Source of the DNA: Mobula hypostoma | Taxonomy: Eukaryota | Reading direction: 5' to 3' | DNA: 64,000 bases | Assembly (NCBI RefSeq): GCF_963921235.1 | Contig: NC_086097.1 | Location: 185,754,001 to 185,818,000 of the forward strand | In this document: piece after piece, positions 1 to 10,429 of the stretch | Layout: the number at the start of each line of letters is the position of its first letter | Numbering within the stretch: position 1 is the first letter of the stretch | Program-made: the position numbers and the translations under genes | The notes under the pieces: generated by a model | What the model was told of the DNA's origin: nothing | The model's database searches: none | Seen by the model: the letters and a program-made list of their open reading frames with translations, nothing else

Positions 1-192
1 GATGCCCATTATCAGTTTGAGAAAATGCTATTCCTAAACTGGGAGTAGAGCTAATGGTTGTATTAGAAATTCTGTTTAATTCCCAATTTGTTTTTTTTCT
101 GCTTTATATCTTTGTTTTTATCTGAGCAGCAAAGCAAATACATGAAATATGCAGACTATTGTGAAAAGTAACCAGTGTTTAAAACTTTGCAG

Positions 193-322
193 ACTATTTC
201 AAGTGGATATGTACAACGGGAAACCAAGTGGAGTAATATTCCATCATTTAGAAGCAAACATGATCTGAAAGAACGACCAATTGAAAGACGTCATTCTGGT
301 CAGGGAGATGGCACAAAGAAGG
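193..322 (+). CDS. C8orf88: Internal coding exon of a C8orf88-like gene (TISSGYVQRETKWSNIPSFRSKHDLKERPIERRHSGQGDGTKK)
   Basis: ttgcAG acceptor (191-192), 130-nt open frame, GTaatt donor (323). The exon ends in phase 1 (G) and joins the AT at 8948 to give KK-D-AERITYSR, paralleling KKERIKYSR in recalled human C8orf88. Confidence 0.65.
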
Positions 323-1056
323 GTAATTTCATCAAATATGCGTTTAGATAGTATTAAAAAGTCTCTTTAATCTATGAAATAAATTGTAATAATTTTCTGC
401 TGAAGCCCCCATTCCAGAATAAGTGAACTAAAGAAAAGCTCTGATCAGTTAAAATCCTTAGTCCTCTTCCTTCAGAATTTTCTGCTTCTTGTGCTATAAA
501 TCTTTGTGATATTAATGTTTTAGCTTAGGTTAATTTAAAACATTCCAAGTTTTATATTTAATTATTAATCCAAAATTGAGCTAATTCTGATCTGACTTTG
601 CCTACTTTCTGTTGTAATAGAAAGGAGACATGTTCTCTGTGATCAAGTAAAAAATGTAGCCATTACAAAGAGTGGAACCGTTTTGTTTAGCTACTGAAGG
701 CATATATTTTTATAATATACAAAATGGAAGTACAATAGGATACAGTTTATAAATAAGCACACTTAAATGAGAATGCTTATGAAAGGGCACATTATTTATT
801 TTAAATTATAGTATAGCAGCTACAATAATGAGAACGATTAATTTCCAAAATTGTTTTATTTTACTGAAATGCTGAATATAAAGTAATATTTAATTATTAC
901 TGATGTTAACCTTCAGTTGATGAAAATATCTCTAGACAATATGGTAAAATTTAGGAAACCATCCAATGGAGAATGCAAAATTCCTAGGCTGGAGAAAATA
1001 TAAAAATAGTGAACCAGGGCTTGGTTACACACTGCAGGTTGAGAGGCTATAGAAAC

Positions 1057-1128
1057 TGTTAATTAAAGAAAACTGAGTGTTGCCATCTCACAACAATAAG
1101 TGCAACACTCAGTTTTCTTTAATTAACA
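1057..1128. repeat. Perfect 27-bp inverted repeat with 18-nt loop
   Basis: tgttaattaaagaaaactgagtgttgc (1057-1083) is the exact reverse complement of 1102-1128. Confidence 0.95.
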
Positions 1129-1609
1129 AAGGAAATGCTTTTGGTATTAGGATTACATTATAACTATGTAGATGTTAACATGTAATACATGAAATATGTT
1201 GCTATTGCTTAATTTTGATCTCATCAAAATGGCACATGATATGAGGCAAGAAATAGCACTTGATAGCTATGAAGGCTTTGTAATTTTCTTTTTTCTTGGA
1301 TTACAGTTTTGCCTCAATTATATTTTACAATATCATTTAACTATTTCAGTAATTAAGTTTAATTTCGTGTTTGTAATCATATCTCCTTTTACAAAGATGG
1401 ACAATGGAGAGGCAGTAATTCAGGTCATATTTGCTGACTAAGAGGATGGCATCATTTTAAAATTAATACTTTGAAGACTTGTATTTTAGTTTCTTTGTTA
1501 AAATATTGTGGCCTAAAAAATTAAATCACATAGGTCAGATTTTTGTTTTATTTAAACCAGTAGGTCACCGTAGGTGTTCAATTTTATTTACAGGTGTAAG
1601 TTGCAGTTA

Positions 1610-2015
1610 GAGATTGCAGAGACTAGGGCTTTATTCCCCGGAACGTAGGACATTGAGGGGTGACCTGATAGAGGTATATAATATCATGGGGGGCATAGAC
1701 AGGGTGAAACCAGATAGTCTGGAGAGGAGTTGCTAAAAAGGAGGGTATAGGTTTAAAGTCAGAAGCAAGAAATTTAAATAGGATGTAAGGGGTAGCTCTT
1801 CAGACAAACAGTGGTGCATATTTACAAAGAGCCGCTATAAATAGTTGAGCCAGGCACATTTGCAATGTTTAAGAACCGTTTAGATAAGTACATGGATAGG
1901 AAAGGTTTAGAGAGCCAAATGTGTTTAGGTGGGACTAGCCCGCTGGGCAGCAAGGTTGATGTGGTTGAGTTGGCTGAAGGGCCTGTTTCCATGCTGTACA
2001 ACTCAAAGACTCTGA
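1610..2015 (+). mobile_element. CR1 LINE 3' fragment, degenerate
   Basis: Encodes remnants of LRGDLIEVY..MGGIDRV and FKNRLDKYM; CR1-type 3' end. Confidence 0.8.
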
Positions 2016-2335
2016 GATATTGTAGTATATCTGCATATCGTAATATTGTAGTATATTGAATTGGGCCTTTCCATTCATGGTTCACATACGTGCCAAAAAT
2101 ATGCAGAATACACTGCAGTCAATCATTGTATAACATTAATTAGTTATCTGCATATTTAGTGTCAGTCATGGAAAGGTGGTGGTGGGGAGGGGGTGATGGG
2201 GAAGTGTGAGGGACAAGTTTGAATAGCAAGGGAAGAACTTCCAACAACTGTCTGCAAACAATCTTAATTACTTACAAATATTTTGGATATATAATTCAAG
2301 GAGATCTACTTAGATTCCTGAGGTTATTTTGTACT

Positions 2336-3080
2336 AAATTGAATTGAATTGGCTTTATTTCTTAGATTCTTCATATACATGAGGAGTAAAAATCTTTACG
2401 TTACATCTCTACCTAAATGTGCAATTTATAGTTATTTATAATAAATAGTATGCACAACACGACAGTCAATATAACATAGAAATACAATTGTATGAGGATA
2501 AATTAATCAGTCTGATGGCCTGGTGGAAGAAGCTGTCCTGGAGCCTGTTGATCCTGGCTTTTATGTTGTGGTACCATTTCCGAGATGGTAGCAGCTGCAA
2601 CAGTTTGTGGTTGGGGTGACTCAGATCTCCAATGATCCTTCAGACCCTTTTTATGCACCTGTCTTTGTAAACGTCCTGAATAGTGGGAAGTTCACATCTA
2701 CAGATGCGCTGGGCTGTCCACACCACTCTTTGCAGTGTCCTGCGATTAAGGGAAGTACAGTTCCCACACCAGGCAGCAATGCAGCCAGTCAGGATGCACT
2801 CAATTGTGCCCCTGTAGAAAGCTCTTAGGATGTCGGGGCCCATACCATACTTCTTCAAACGTCTGAGGTGAAAGAGGCACTTTTGTGCCTTTTTCACCAT
2901 ACAGCCAGTATGTACGGACCACGTGAGATCATTGGTGATGTGTATGCTGAGGAACTTAAAGCTGTTCTCCCTCTCAAACCCAGATCAATTGATGTCAATA
3001 GGGGTTAGCCTGGCTCCATTCCTCCTGTCGTGCACAACCAGCTCCTTTGTTTTTGCAACATTGAGGGAGAGGTTGTTTTG
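2336..3080 (-). mobile_element. Rex1/Babar-type LINE 3' fragment
   Basis: ORF 2640-2900 KKAQKCLFHLRRLKK..FYRGTIECILTGCIAAW..LQRVV; (CAATT)n tail at about 2336-2350. Confidence 0.8.
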
Positions 3081-4439
3081 TTGACAAGAAGACAGGTGGC
3101 TGGGAGTGAGGTGCAAGTAAATGGTGAGAGGACATGAGGAAATACATAAGCATAATCAAAAGATAAACTGTTTTCACATTTAAGGAAAAATCTATTGGGA
3201 AGCTAAGATTTTGAAAGATCAAAACACGTGCTTACTGAGATCTGTAATCTTTTACAATATACAGAGCCCCAGTCCCAAACCTGCATGTGGTAAATGCTTG
3301 TTCTTGGAGGTAACAGTCACAGTGACTCTGATCAGCTTAGCTTCGGATCAGTTTGCAATAGAACCGCTGACATCACTGCATTCATAATACATAATAATGT
3401 GATAAAAATTCTCCATTTGAATTTATTCTCCCTTCTTTTAAAAAATGAGCAGCAGCAGCGGTGACATTTAGATCTTAACAGATAGTGGAATTGATGTTTT
3501 TGAGGTTGTAGTTCATAGGCATAGTATTATGGGATAAAAATATTTGAATCTATAACTTTTGATTTCTTGTGTGAGGTCCTGCGGGTGATGAGGAGTGCTA
3601 ATAGAAAGAAATGCATGGTGCTTTTGAGGTAGGTGTGCAAGGCCCCCTGTTTCATTTTGTCTATTTTCCTTCTCAGTAATCAACACATGAAGAAGAGTCA
3701 TGTCACATTATTGGAGTAATAGTTAAAGGAGTAGCCAGAAAAATGGGGAGAACAAAGTACCTTGCAGTGGAAAGTGTGTTGAAGCATCTACTTTGGATGT
3801 GTTGCCAGTTTATGCCTAATTGCCTTGTGGTTCGGATAAGTACAGGACACCATTAAATAAGGGCTTATACAAACTGGCAGTTCATGCATTTGGCAAAAAT
3901 TTACCAACAATTGAATTTAGGCTGATGCTTTAGCATGCAAAGAGCATCTCCAACATTTTTGCTATGATAATAAAATGCATTGCTGTTGTGCATTTCCTCA
4001 ACTTTAGCACCTTAAGGGCCAACAATGAGCAAATGCTAATTTGGACCAAGTACTAAATTACTGAGATTACATATCCTGGATCAAAATTTTCAACTCTGAT
4101 ATGAATAAAAGCAAATAATATTGCATTGACAACTGTAAGGCCTATGATGATGCTGAAGTTGGGACTGAGGTGATTGATGAAGAAGGATGCTGCAGAATGC
4201 AGGAAGATATCAGTGGCTCTTTCAGATGGCAAATGGAATTTAGTTCAGAGTAGTAGGAAGTCATGCATTTGGGGATGGCAAATAAGGCAAGTAGAAGCCT
4301 CAATAAGTAAAAATATAGTTGAACCTTACAAAATATGTTGATGGTATGAAAATTGCAAGACAGTTTGAGAACTGGTGATACAACCTTTCTTAGCAGAGAT
4401 GTAGAATATGAGAAAACAAATTATGTTGCACATGCACAG

Positions 4440-4970
4440 TAGATCAGTAGAGCTACTAGGACTTGATGTTTCAATCCCTATGGTAAATTGGCACTCTTGA
4501 TGTTGGCAATGGGCTTGGAGTGGTGACAGGGAGGGTAGGTACGTCATCGGGGTCATTAGGTGGGCACCCTCCTTCTTTGACGTTTCGTTGATAAGCCCAC
4601 AATGTCTCCAGAGGGCTCAACTGTGCTACCTGGCATCTCAGATACACCCCTCTCAGTTCCATACACTCTTATCTTCACCTTGCAGCCCAGTTGTTGTCTT
4701 TCCTTTTAATCCAAGTCCAATTGCTGCTTCCTTCTGCTGTGTTTGACAAGGACTTGATTGCTTGTTGGAGGGAGTGACCCCTCACCCCCATTTTCTTCAA
4801 TAGACTGGTTGTAGATGTAGCAACGAATCCCCTGCATCCCACTTCTACAGGGAAAATCTTGGTCTTCCAGCCATTCTGGGCAGCTTCAGTTGCCAGTTCA
4901 GAGTACTTGGTCTTTTTCCTCTCATAAGCTTCTTCGACACCATCTTCCCATGGTACTGTCAATTCAATGA
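4440..4970 (-). mobile_element. HERO-type (R2 group, restriction-like endonuclease) non-LTR retrotransposon 3' fragment, inserted in a degenerate CR1
   Basis: IELTVPWED..EEAYERKKTKYSEL..GWK..PVEVGCRGF is the C-terminal RLE signature, followed by a 3' UTR. Confidence 0.8.
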
Positions 4971-5590
4971 GTATATTAAACCACAGATGATGTAGAGGAA
5001 ACTGACCAGTGTAATATAGAAATGAGTTCATTGCAAGGGGTGGTGGTTAAAGAAACAATGAGTGCTTGTAGATATTGGTAGTGAAAGAAAGAGCTGTAGG
5101 TGATAAGCAACAAGGAAAATTAATGAAGTTAAAAATATGGCAATAGGTGCTTTGGACTTTTGGTAATGTCTCAGGTAAGATCATAATCTTCAGATAATAT
5201 TGTCAAGTAAATAATGAATTGTTCCATCTAGTTCTATGTTAATTTTTAGGTTACTTGGTTACTGTAACTTGCCTCTAAGTTGTTAGTGAGTGGTGGAATT
5301 CTGGGGGAGTTTATCAGTATCTGGTCTTATATGGAGGGAGGAAGGTGGGATTAACATATATTGCTATTTATTAGGATTGCCCTTCATTGTTTTCTCCAGC
5401 TGAGTTGCAGTAGGTCCCATTTGTACCATGGCATTGAAATTCAGCTTCAGCAGTATAGTGCTCAAAGATTACTCTGAGGTATCTAATATATTCATGTTAT
5501 CTGGTACAAAAGCATCCTAAAATTCTGCAGCAGTATCTACAGGATAGCTTTGAATGCCTTGTCTCCCTGAAACAAGGACAATAAATTAAA

Positions 5591-6557
5591 TGTGGGATCC
5601 CACCACTAAGCATATCTTTCCCTCCCCCCCTCTCTCTGCATTCCGCAGGGATCGCTCCCTACACAACTCCCTTGTCCATTCGTCCCCCCCATCCCTCCCC
5701 ACTGATCTCCCTCCTGGCACTTATCCGTGTAAGCGGAACAAGTGCTACACATGCCCTTACACTTCCTCCCTTACCACCATTCAGGGCCCCAAACAGTCCT
5801 TCCAGGTGAGGCATCACTTCACCTGTGAGTCGACTGGGGTGATATACTGCGTCCGGTGCTCCCGATGTGGCCTTTTATATATTGGTGAGACCCGACGCAG
5901 ACTGGGAGACCGCTTTGCTGAACATCTACGCTCTGTCCGCCAGAGAAAGCAGGATCTCCCAGTGGCCACACATTTTAATTCCACATCCCATTCCCATTCT
6001 GACATGTCTATCCACGGCCTCCTCTACTGTAAAGATGAAGCCACACTCAGGTTGGAGGAACAACACCTTATATTCCGTCTGGGTAGCCTCCAACCTGATG
6101 GCATGAACATTGACTTCTCTAACTTCCGCTAGGCCCCACCTCCCCCTCGTACCCCAGCTGTTACTCATTTTTATGCACACATTCTTTCTCTCACTCTCCT
6201 TTTTCTCCCTCTGTCCCTCTGAATATACCTCTTGCCCATCCTCTGGGTCACCCCCCCCTGTCTTTCTCCCTAGGCCTCCTGTCCCATGATCCTCTCGTAT
6301 CCCCTTTTGCCTATCACCTGTCCAGCTCTCGGCTCTATCCCTCCCCCTCCTGTCTTCTCCTATCATTTTGGATCTCCCCCTCCCCCTCCAGCTTTCAAAT
6401 CCCTTACTCACTCTTCCTTCAGTTAGTCCTGACGAAGGGTCTCGGCCTGAAACGTCGACTGCGCTTCTTCCTATAGATGCTGCTTGGCCTGCTGCGTTCA
6501 CCAGCAACTTTGATGTATGTTGCTTGAATTTCCAGCATCTGCAGAATTCCTGTTGTT
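5591..6557 (+). mobile_element. Penelope-like element, 5'-truncated (GIY-YIG endonuclease plus 3' region with hammerhead)
   Basis: ORF 5590-6132 has the CCHH Zn linker and VIYC..LYIGET.RRLGDRFAEH..EEQHLIFRLG..PDGMN. 14-bp TSD gacaataaattaaa at 5577-5590 and 6558-6571. Confidence 0.95.
6424..6461 (+). ncRNA. Minimal type I hammerhead ribozyme (Penelope-associated)
   Basis: Helix I UAGUC/GACUG, core CUGACGA, helix II GGG-UCUCGG-CCU, GAAA, palindromic ACGU in place of helix III, GUC cleavage triplet (cut after 6456). Confidence 0.8.
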
Positions 6558-6879
6558 GACAATAAATTAAAACCACTTTTACAGAAGATAAATACACCAA
6601 CCTACTTTATGGGGCGATAAAAGAGAAAATGACAAGAAATAGATGGGTTGCTGTGTTATGAATTTTTATGTTATGAGTCGAAGAAGGAGGTTCATGTAGG
6701 GCTGAAACTGATTGGCCAAGGGTGGAAGAGGGTTGGATGTTATGTTTGATGCTTATTAAAATGAATGAACAGGAAATACAGATTACACACCCAGAATATC
6801 CCACGGCACATTCCTGATGAAAGTGGCTCTCTGACCACACTGTATAGATATTTTAATATCCGGACTTCGGACCAGTTAT

Positions 6880-8400
6880 TAAGGGGACGTCTTATACAGT
6901 GAATAGTAGGGCACTGAGGAGTGCTGTAGAACAAGGGATCTGGGAATACATATCCATAATTCATTGAATGTGGCATCACAGGTAGATAGGGATGCAAAGA
7001 AAGCTTTTGGTACATTGATTCATCAATTAAAATATTGAATACAGGACATGGGATGTTAAGTTAAGCTGCATAAGACGTTAGTGAGGCCTAATTTGGAGAA
7101 TTATGTGCAGTTTTGGTCTTTTACATACAGGAAATATGTAAATAAGGTTGAAAGAGCACAAAAAAAAATTACAAGGATGCTGGATTAGAGGACCTAAGTT
7201 ATAAGGAAAGGTTAAATAGGTTAGGATTTTATTCGTTGGAACGTAGAAGATTGCAGGGAGATTTGATAGAAGTATACGGTTATGTGTCCACAGTTTCATT
7301 TTACTGGGAGTTTATAGTTTCATTTACTGTGGGTGTCACGTGTCCCCAGTTTCGTTTTACTGGGAGTCCACAGTTTCGTTTCTGTGAGCGTTACCTTATG
7401 ACGTATGCCGACGGTATAAAAGAAATGCGGACATAGTGCTGAGGAGAGTCGAAGGAAAGAGAGAGAGTGAAGACTGCAGACTTCGAGCTATTAGGGAACA
7501 GCTCATGATCGAGAAGGGTAAAGTCTAATGCTTACCCATACCCAAAGGATTGGGTTAATCAGTGGCACACTGTGCATTGTGGAGACGTGTCTGTCCTTCG
7601 TATGATCCACGGGTGTGGATTTCGTGACAGTCACTTTGTGACATCTCTCTTTGTGGACTTCAGAACAGTATTCCTTGGCTGGGATCTTCGGTAATTGCTT
7701 CTTCGTTTACTAGCCATGAAATCTTAGGAATTTGTCATGATCACCTCGTTGCTGCATTGTGAATCCACAAGTCTCTCCTCTCACCTATTTTGTGAATTAC
7801 TGGGACTCTCTGAACTGCCACTTTAAGACTATGCTTGAGTAAGATTTGTTAAGAACGGGTTCCAAGTTTGACTGTTTGGGAACTTTGGGAGCATAACACT
7901 GTTAACTTCTGTTTAAGAAAGTAGTTTATTTAATTTTCTATATTTTTGAGTAGATGTAAATAAACATAGTGGTTTTAATATTAAAATCTGACTTAATTTG
8001 TCATCTCTTGCTGCTGGTATGTTACGAAATCGTAACAAAATAAAATTATGAGGGATTTAGATAGCGTAAATCCAAGCAGGCTTTTTCTAATGAGGTTTGG
8101 TAGGACTACAACCAGAGGTCATGGGTTATCGGTAAAAGGTGAGAAGTTTAAGGGGAACATGAGGGATACTTCTTCAGTAAGAGGGTCGTAACAGTGTGGA
8201 ACAAGCTGCCAGTGCAAGTGGTGCTTGCGAGCTCGATTTCAACGTTCAAGAGAAGTTTGGAAAGGTATTTGAATGGCTGGGATATGGAGGGCTATAGTAC
8301 TGTTGCAGGTCAATGGGATCTGCTTAAGCTGTTGCAGCTTAAATAGTTCAGCACAGACTAGATGTAGCAAAAGGCCTGTTTCTGTGCTGTACTTTATGAC
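6880..8400 (+). mobile_element. CR1 LINE 3' fragment interrupted by a solo LTR
   Basis: LERRRLQGDLIEVY (to 7277) resumes as KIMRDLDSV at about 8042. Confidence 0.8.
7278..8037 (+). mobile_element. Probable solo LTR
   Basis: Splits a CR1 coding motif; ends (g)gttatg...cgtaaca; TATAAA at about 7415 and AATAAA at about 7959; short internal tandem repeats of cacagtttc.ttttactggg. No clean TSD seen. Confidence 0.6.
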
Positions 8401-8745
8401 CCTAAATATACCCAATGTCTTGGCCTCCACAGCTGTCCATGGCAATGAATTCCATAGATTCAACACCCTCTGGCTAAAGAAATTCCTTCTCGTCTCTGTT
8501 TTAAATAGATGTCCCTCTATTCTGAGGCTGTGCCCTCAGGTCCTGAACTCACCCACTATAGGAACCATCTTCTCCATATCCACTTTGTCTAAGCCTTTCA
8601 ATATTCGATAGGTTTCAATGAGATCCCCTCTCAATGCTTCTAAATTCCAGCAAATACAGGCCCAGAACCACCAAGCGCTCCACATACTTTAACCCTTTCA
8701 TTCCCAAAATCATTCTCATGAATCTGCCCTGGACCCTCCTGCACG
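8400..8745 (-). mobile_element. CR1 LINE 3' fragment
   Basis: Minus strand encodes RGDLIETY..LKGLDKVD..NFFSQRVLNLWNSLP. Confidence 0.8.
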
Positions 8746-8947
8746 AGGATTCCCAAGTCCATTAGAAACATAGAAAATAGGAGCAGAAGTGAGCTATTTG
8801 ACCTAGTAAATCTGCTGTCATTCAATATGATTATGGATTATCATTCAAATTCAGTACATTATTGCTGTTTTATCTCCAATTTTATGTTTTTAAATTTTGC
8901 ATTAAAAAAGAACTTTACTTTGTTTACCAGTTCAATCTACTTTCCAG

Positions 8948-9060
8948 ATGCAGAGAGGATAACCTACAGCAGAGAATTTCTGATGAAAATTGCCAGCCTG
9001 CCAATTTCGAAAGAGAAACCTGAGTTTTTGCCATCTCTTCCTGTGGTGTTAGAGAGGCCT
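8948..9060 (+). CDS. C8orf88: Coding exon of a C8orf88-like eIF4E-binding-motif protein (DAERITYSREFLMKIASLPISKEKPEFLPSLPVVLERP)
   Basis: ttttccAG acceptor and perfect GTAAGT donor at 9061. The peptide closely resembles recalled human C8orf88 [36 protein letters not shown]. YxxxxLPhi motif at 8965-8985. Confidence 0.85.
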
Positions 9061-9588
9061 GTAAGTTGTGTACTTTGACAATACCTCATCAAAAAATTTG
9101 TCAATTGCATTTTCTGTAGCTATTGCAGAGCAGTATTTGAAATGTTGATCTTTTGTTTCATAAGAATGTAAGTTAAAAGAATGTACCTCAGCTTGTTTGT
9201 AAATTTATGGTATGCCAGTTCTTGCAATCTTTTACAGAAGTAACAGTACACTTCTTGAAACATTCTGTAGTACATTTTGATAGCAAAAATCATAAATAGG
9301 ATATCACAGCTCACTAAATTCCTACTTTTGACTTATTAAATACTTAATTACCTGTTCAAAAATTTTTATTATTCTCCATTTTTAACCAACAGTTTCAGCA
9401 TGAAATACTGCGAAGTTAATATTTCAGCTCACTGATTGGATAGTAAATGAAAAATCTTTAGTGAAGACTAACACAATAAAACTTTGAATTTTAGTGTAAA
9501 ATTAATGTTGACAATTACTAAACATCTATAGTAATGTGGGGATGGAGAATACTGCATTTTTAACTCAACACAAACTGTCAGATATTGG

Positions 9589-9910
9589 TAATAATAAAGC
9601 ATCCGTTAGTCTTGCGAGATCATGGATCTGCGCCTGGAAAGTCTTCACTCTCCAGGGCGCAGGCCTGGGCAAGGTTGTATGGAAGACCAGCAGTTGCCCA
9701 TGCTGCAAGTCTCCCCTCTCCATGACATCAATGTTGTCCAAGGGAAAGGCATTAGGATCCATACAGCTTGGCACCAGTGTCATCGCAGAGCAATGTGTGA
9801 TTAAGTGCCTTGCTGAAGGACACAACACGTTCCCTCGGCTGGGGCTCGAACTCACGACCTTCAGGTAGCTAGTCCAATGCCTTAACCACTTGGCCACTTG
9901 GCCACGTGCC
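9589..9910 (-). mobile_element. tRNA-derived SINE with CORE-like body and RTE-like tail
   Basis: Minus strand: A box TGGCCAAGTGG, B box GAGTTCGAGCC, then GTGTCCTTCAGCAAGGCACTTAATCAC (CORE-like) and a (TAT)n tail. The same 3' end recurs at about 27033-27072. Confidence 0.8.
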
Positions 9911-10429
9911 CACGATAAGAGGCGAAACAAAAACATGGAAGATTTCAGTAGGCTTGTCAATGTTTTAATTGCCACCAAAAATATTTGTAGATTCTATTAC
10001 ATTTACCCAGTCATCAGCAAGCAATGTGGCCAAATGACAGGATCATGGCCTGGGGTCAGGTACTTAATTGAGCAAGGTAAATGCACAACAGCAGGTATTT
10101 TGCCATAAAGATAAGGGGATAGGGAATGCAGATGTGAGGAGTAATTGATTAAGTGACCTGAGGTAATGACCACTTTTTTCAGTCAGAAGTCTCTTTTGCT
10201 TTGGACATAAAATTGTAGGTTTTTGCAAATAAAATGATGTGAGCTGTTTGTAAGTTTAAGTAAAAAGTGCAACAACCATGTTTTTTGAACTGCAAAACCT
10301 GAACACAAAACACGCTAAAAATCCTAAAAATCATCATGTCCGACCAGCCTCTTAAAGTGAAACCCAACTCAACGTCAGTGGTTATGAGTTAGGTATATCT
10401 CCACCAATTACATAACCCTGCACAGCATC

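Noticed and set aside
5926..6600. 224-aa minus-strand ORF and recurring MLVNAAGQAAS.. peptides
   Set aside because: These are antisense translations of the Penelope 3' region repeated in each copy, not a gene family.
7287..7385. Three short direct repeats resembling a CRISPR-like array
   Set aside because: Vertebrate context, irregular tiny spacers and no cas genes; these are enhancer-type repeats within an LTR.
8827..9078. 83-aa ORF as a single-exon gene
   Set aside because: Its 5' half is intronic AT-rich and polypyrimidine sequence; only 8948-9060 is bounded by splice sites and shows homology.
9835..9910. Possible tRNA gene
   Set aside because: The tRNA-like boxes are the head of a SINE with body and tail, and the 5' end has a small duplication.
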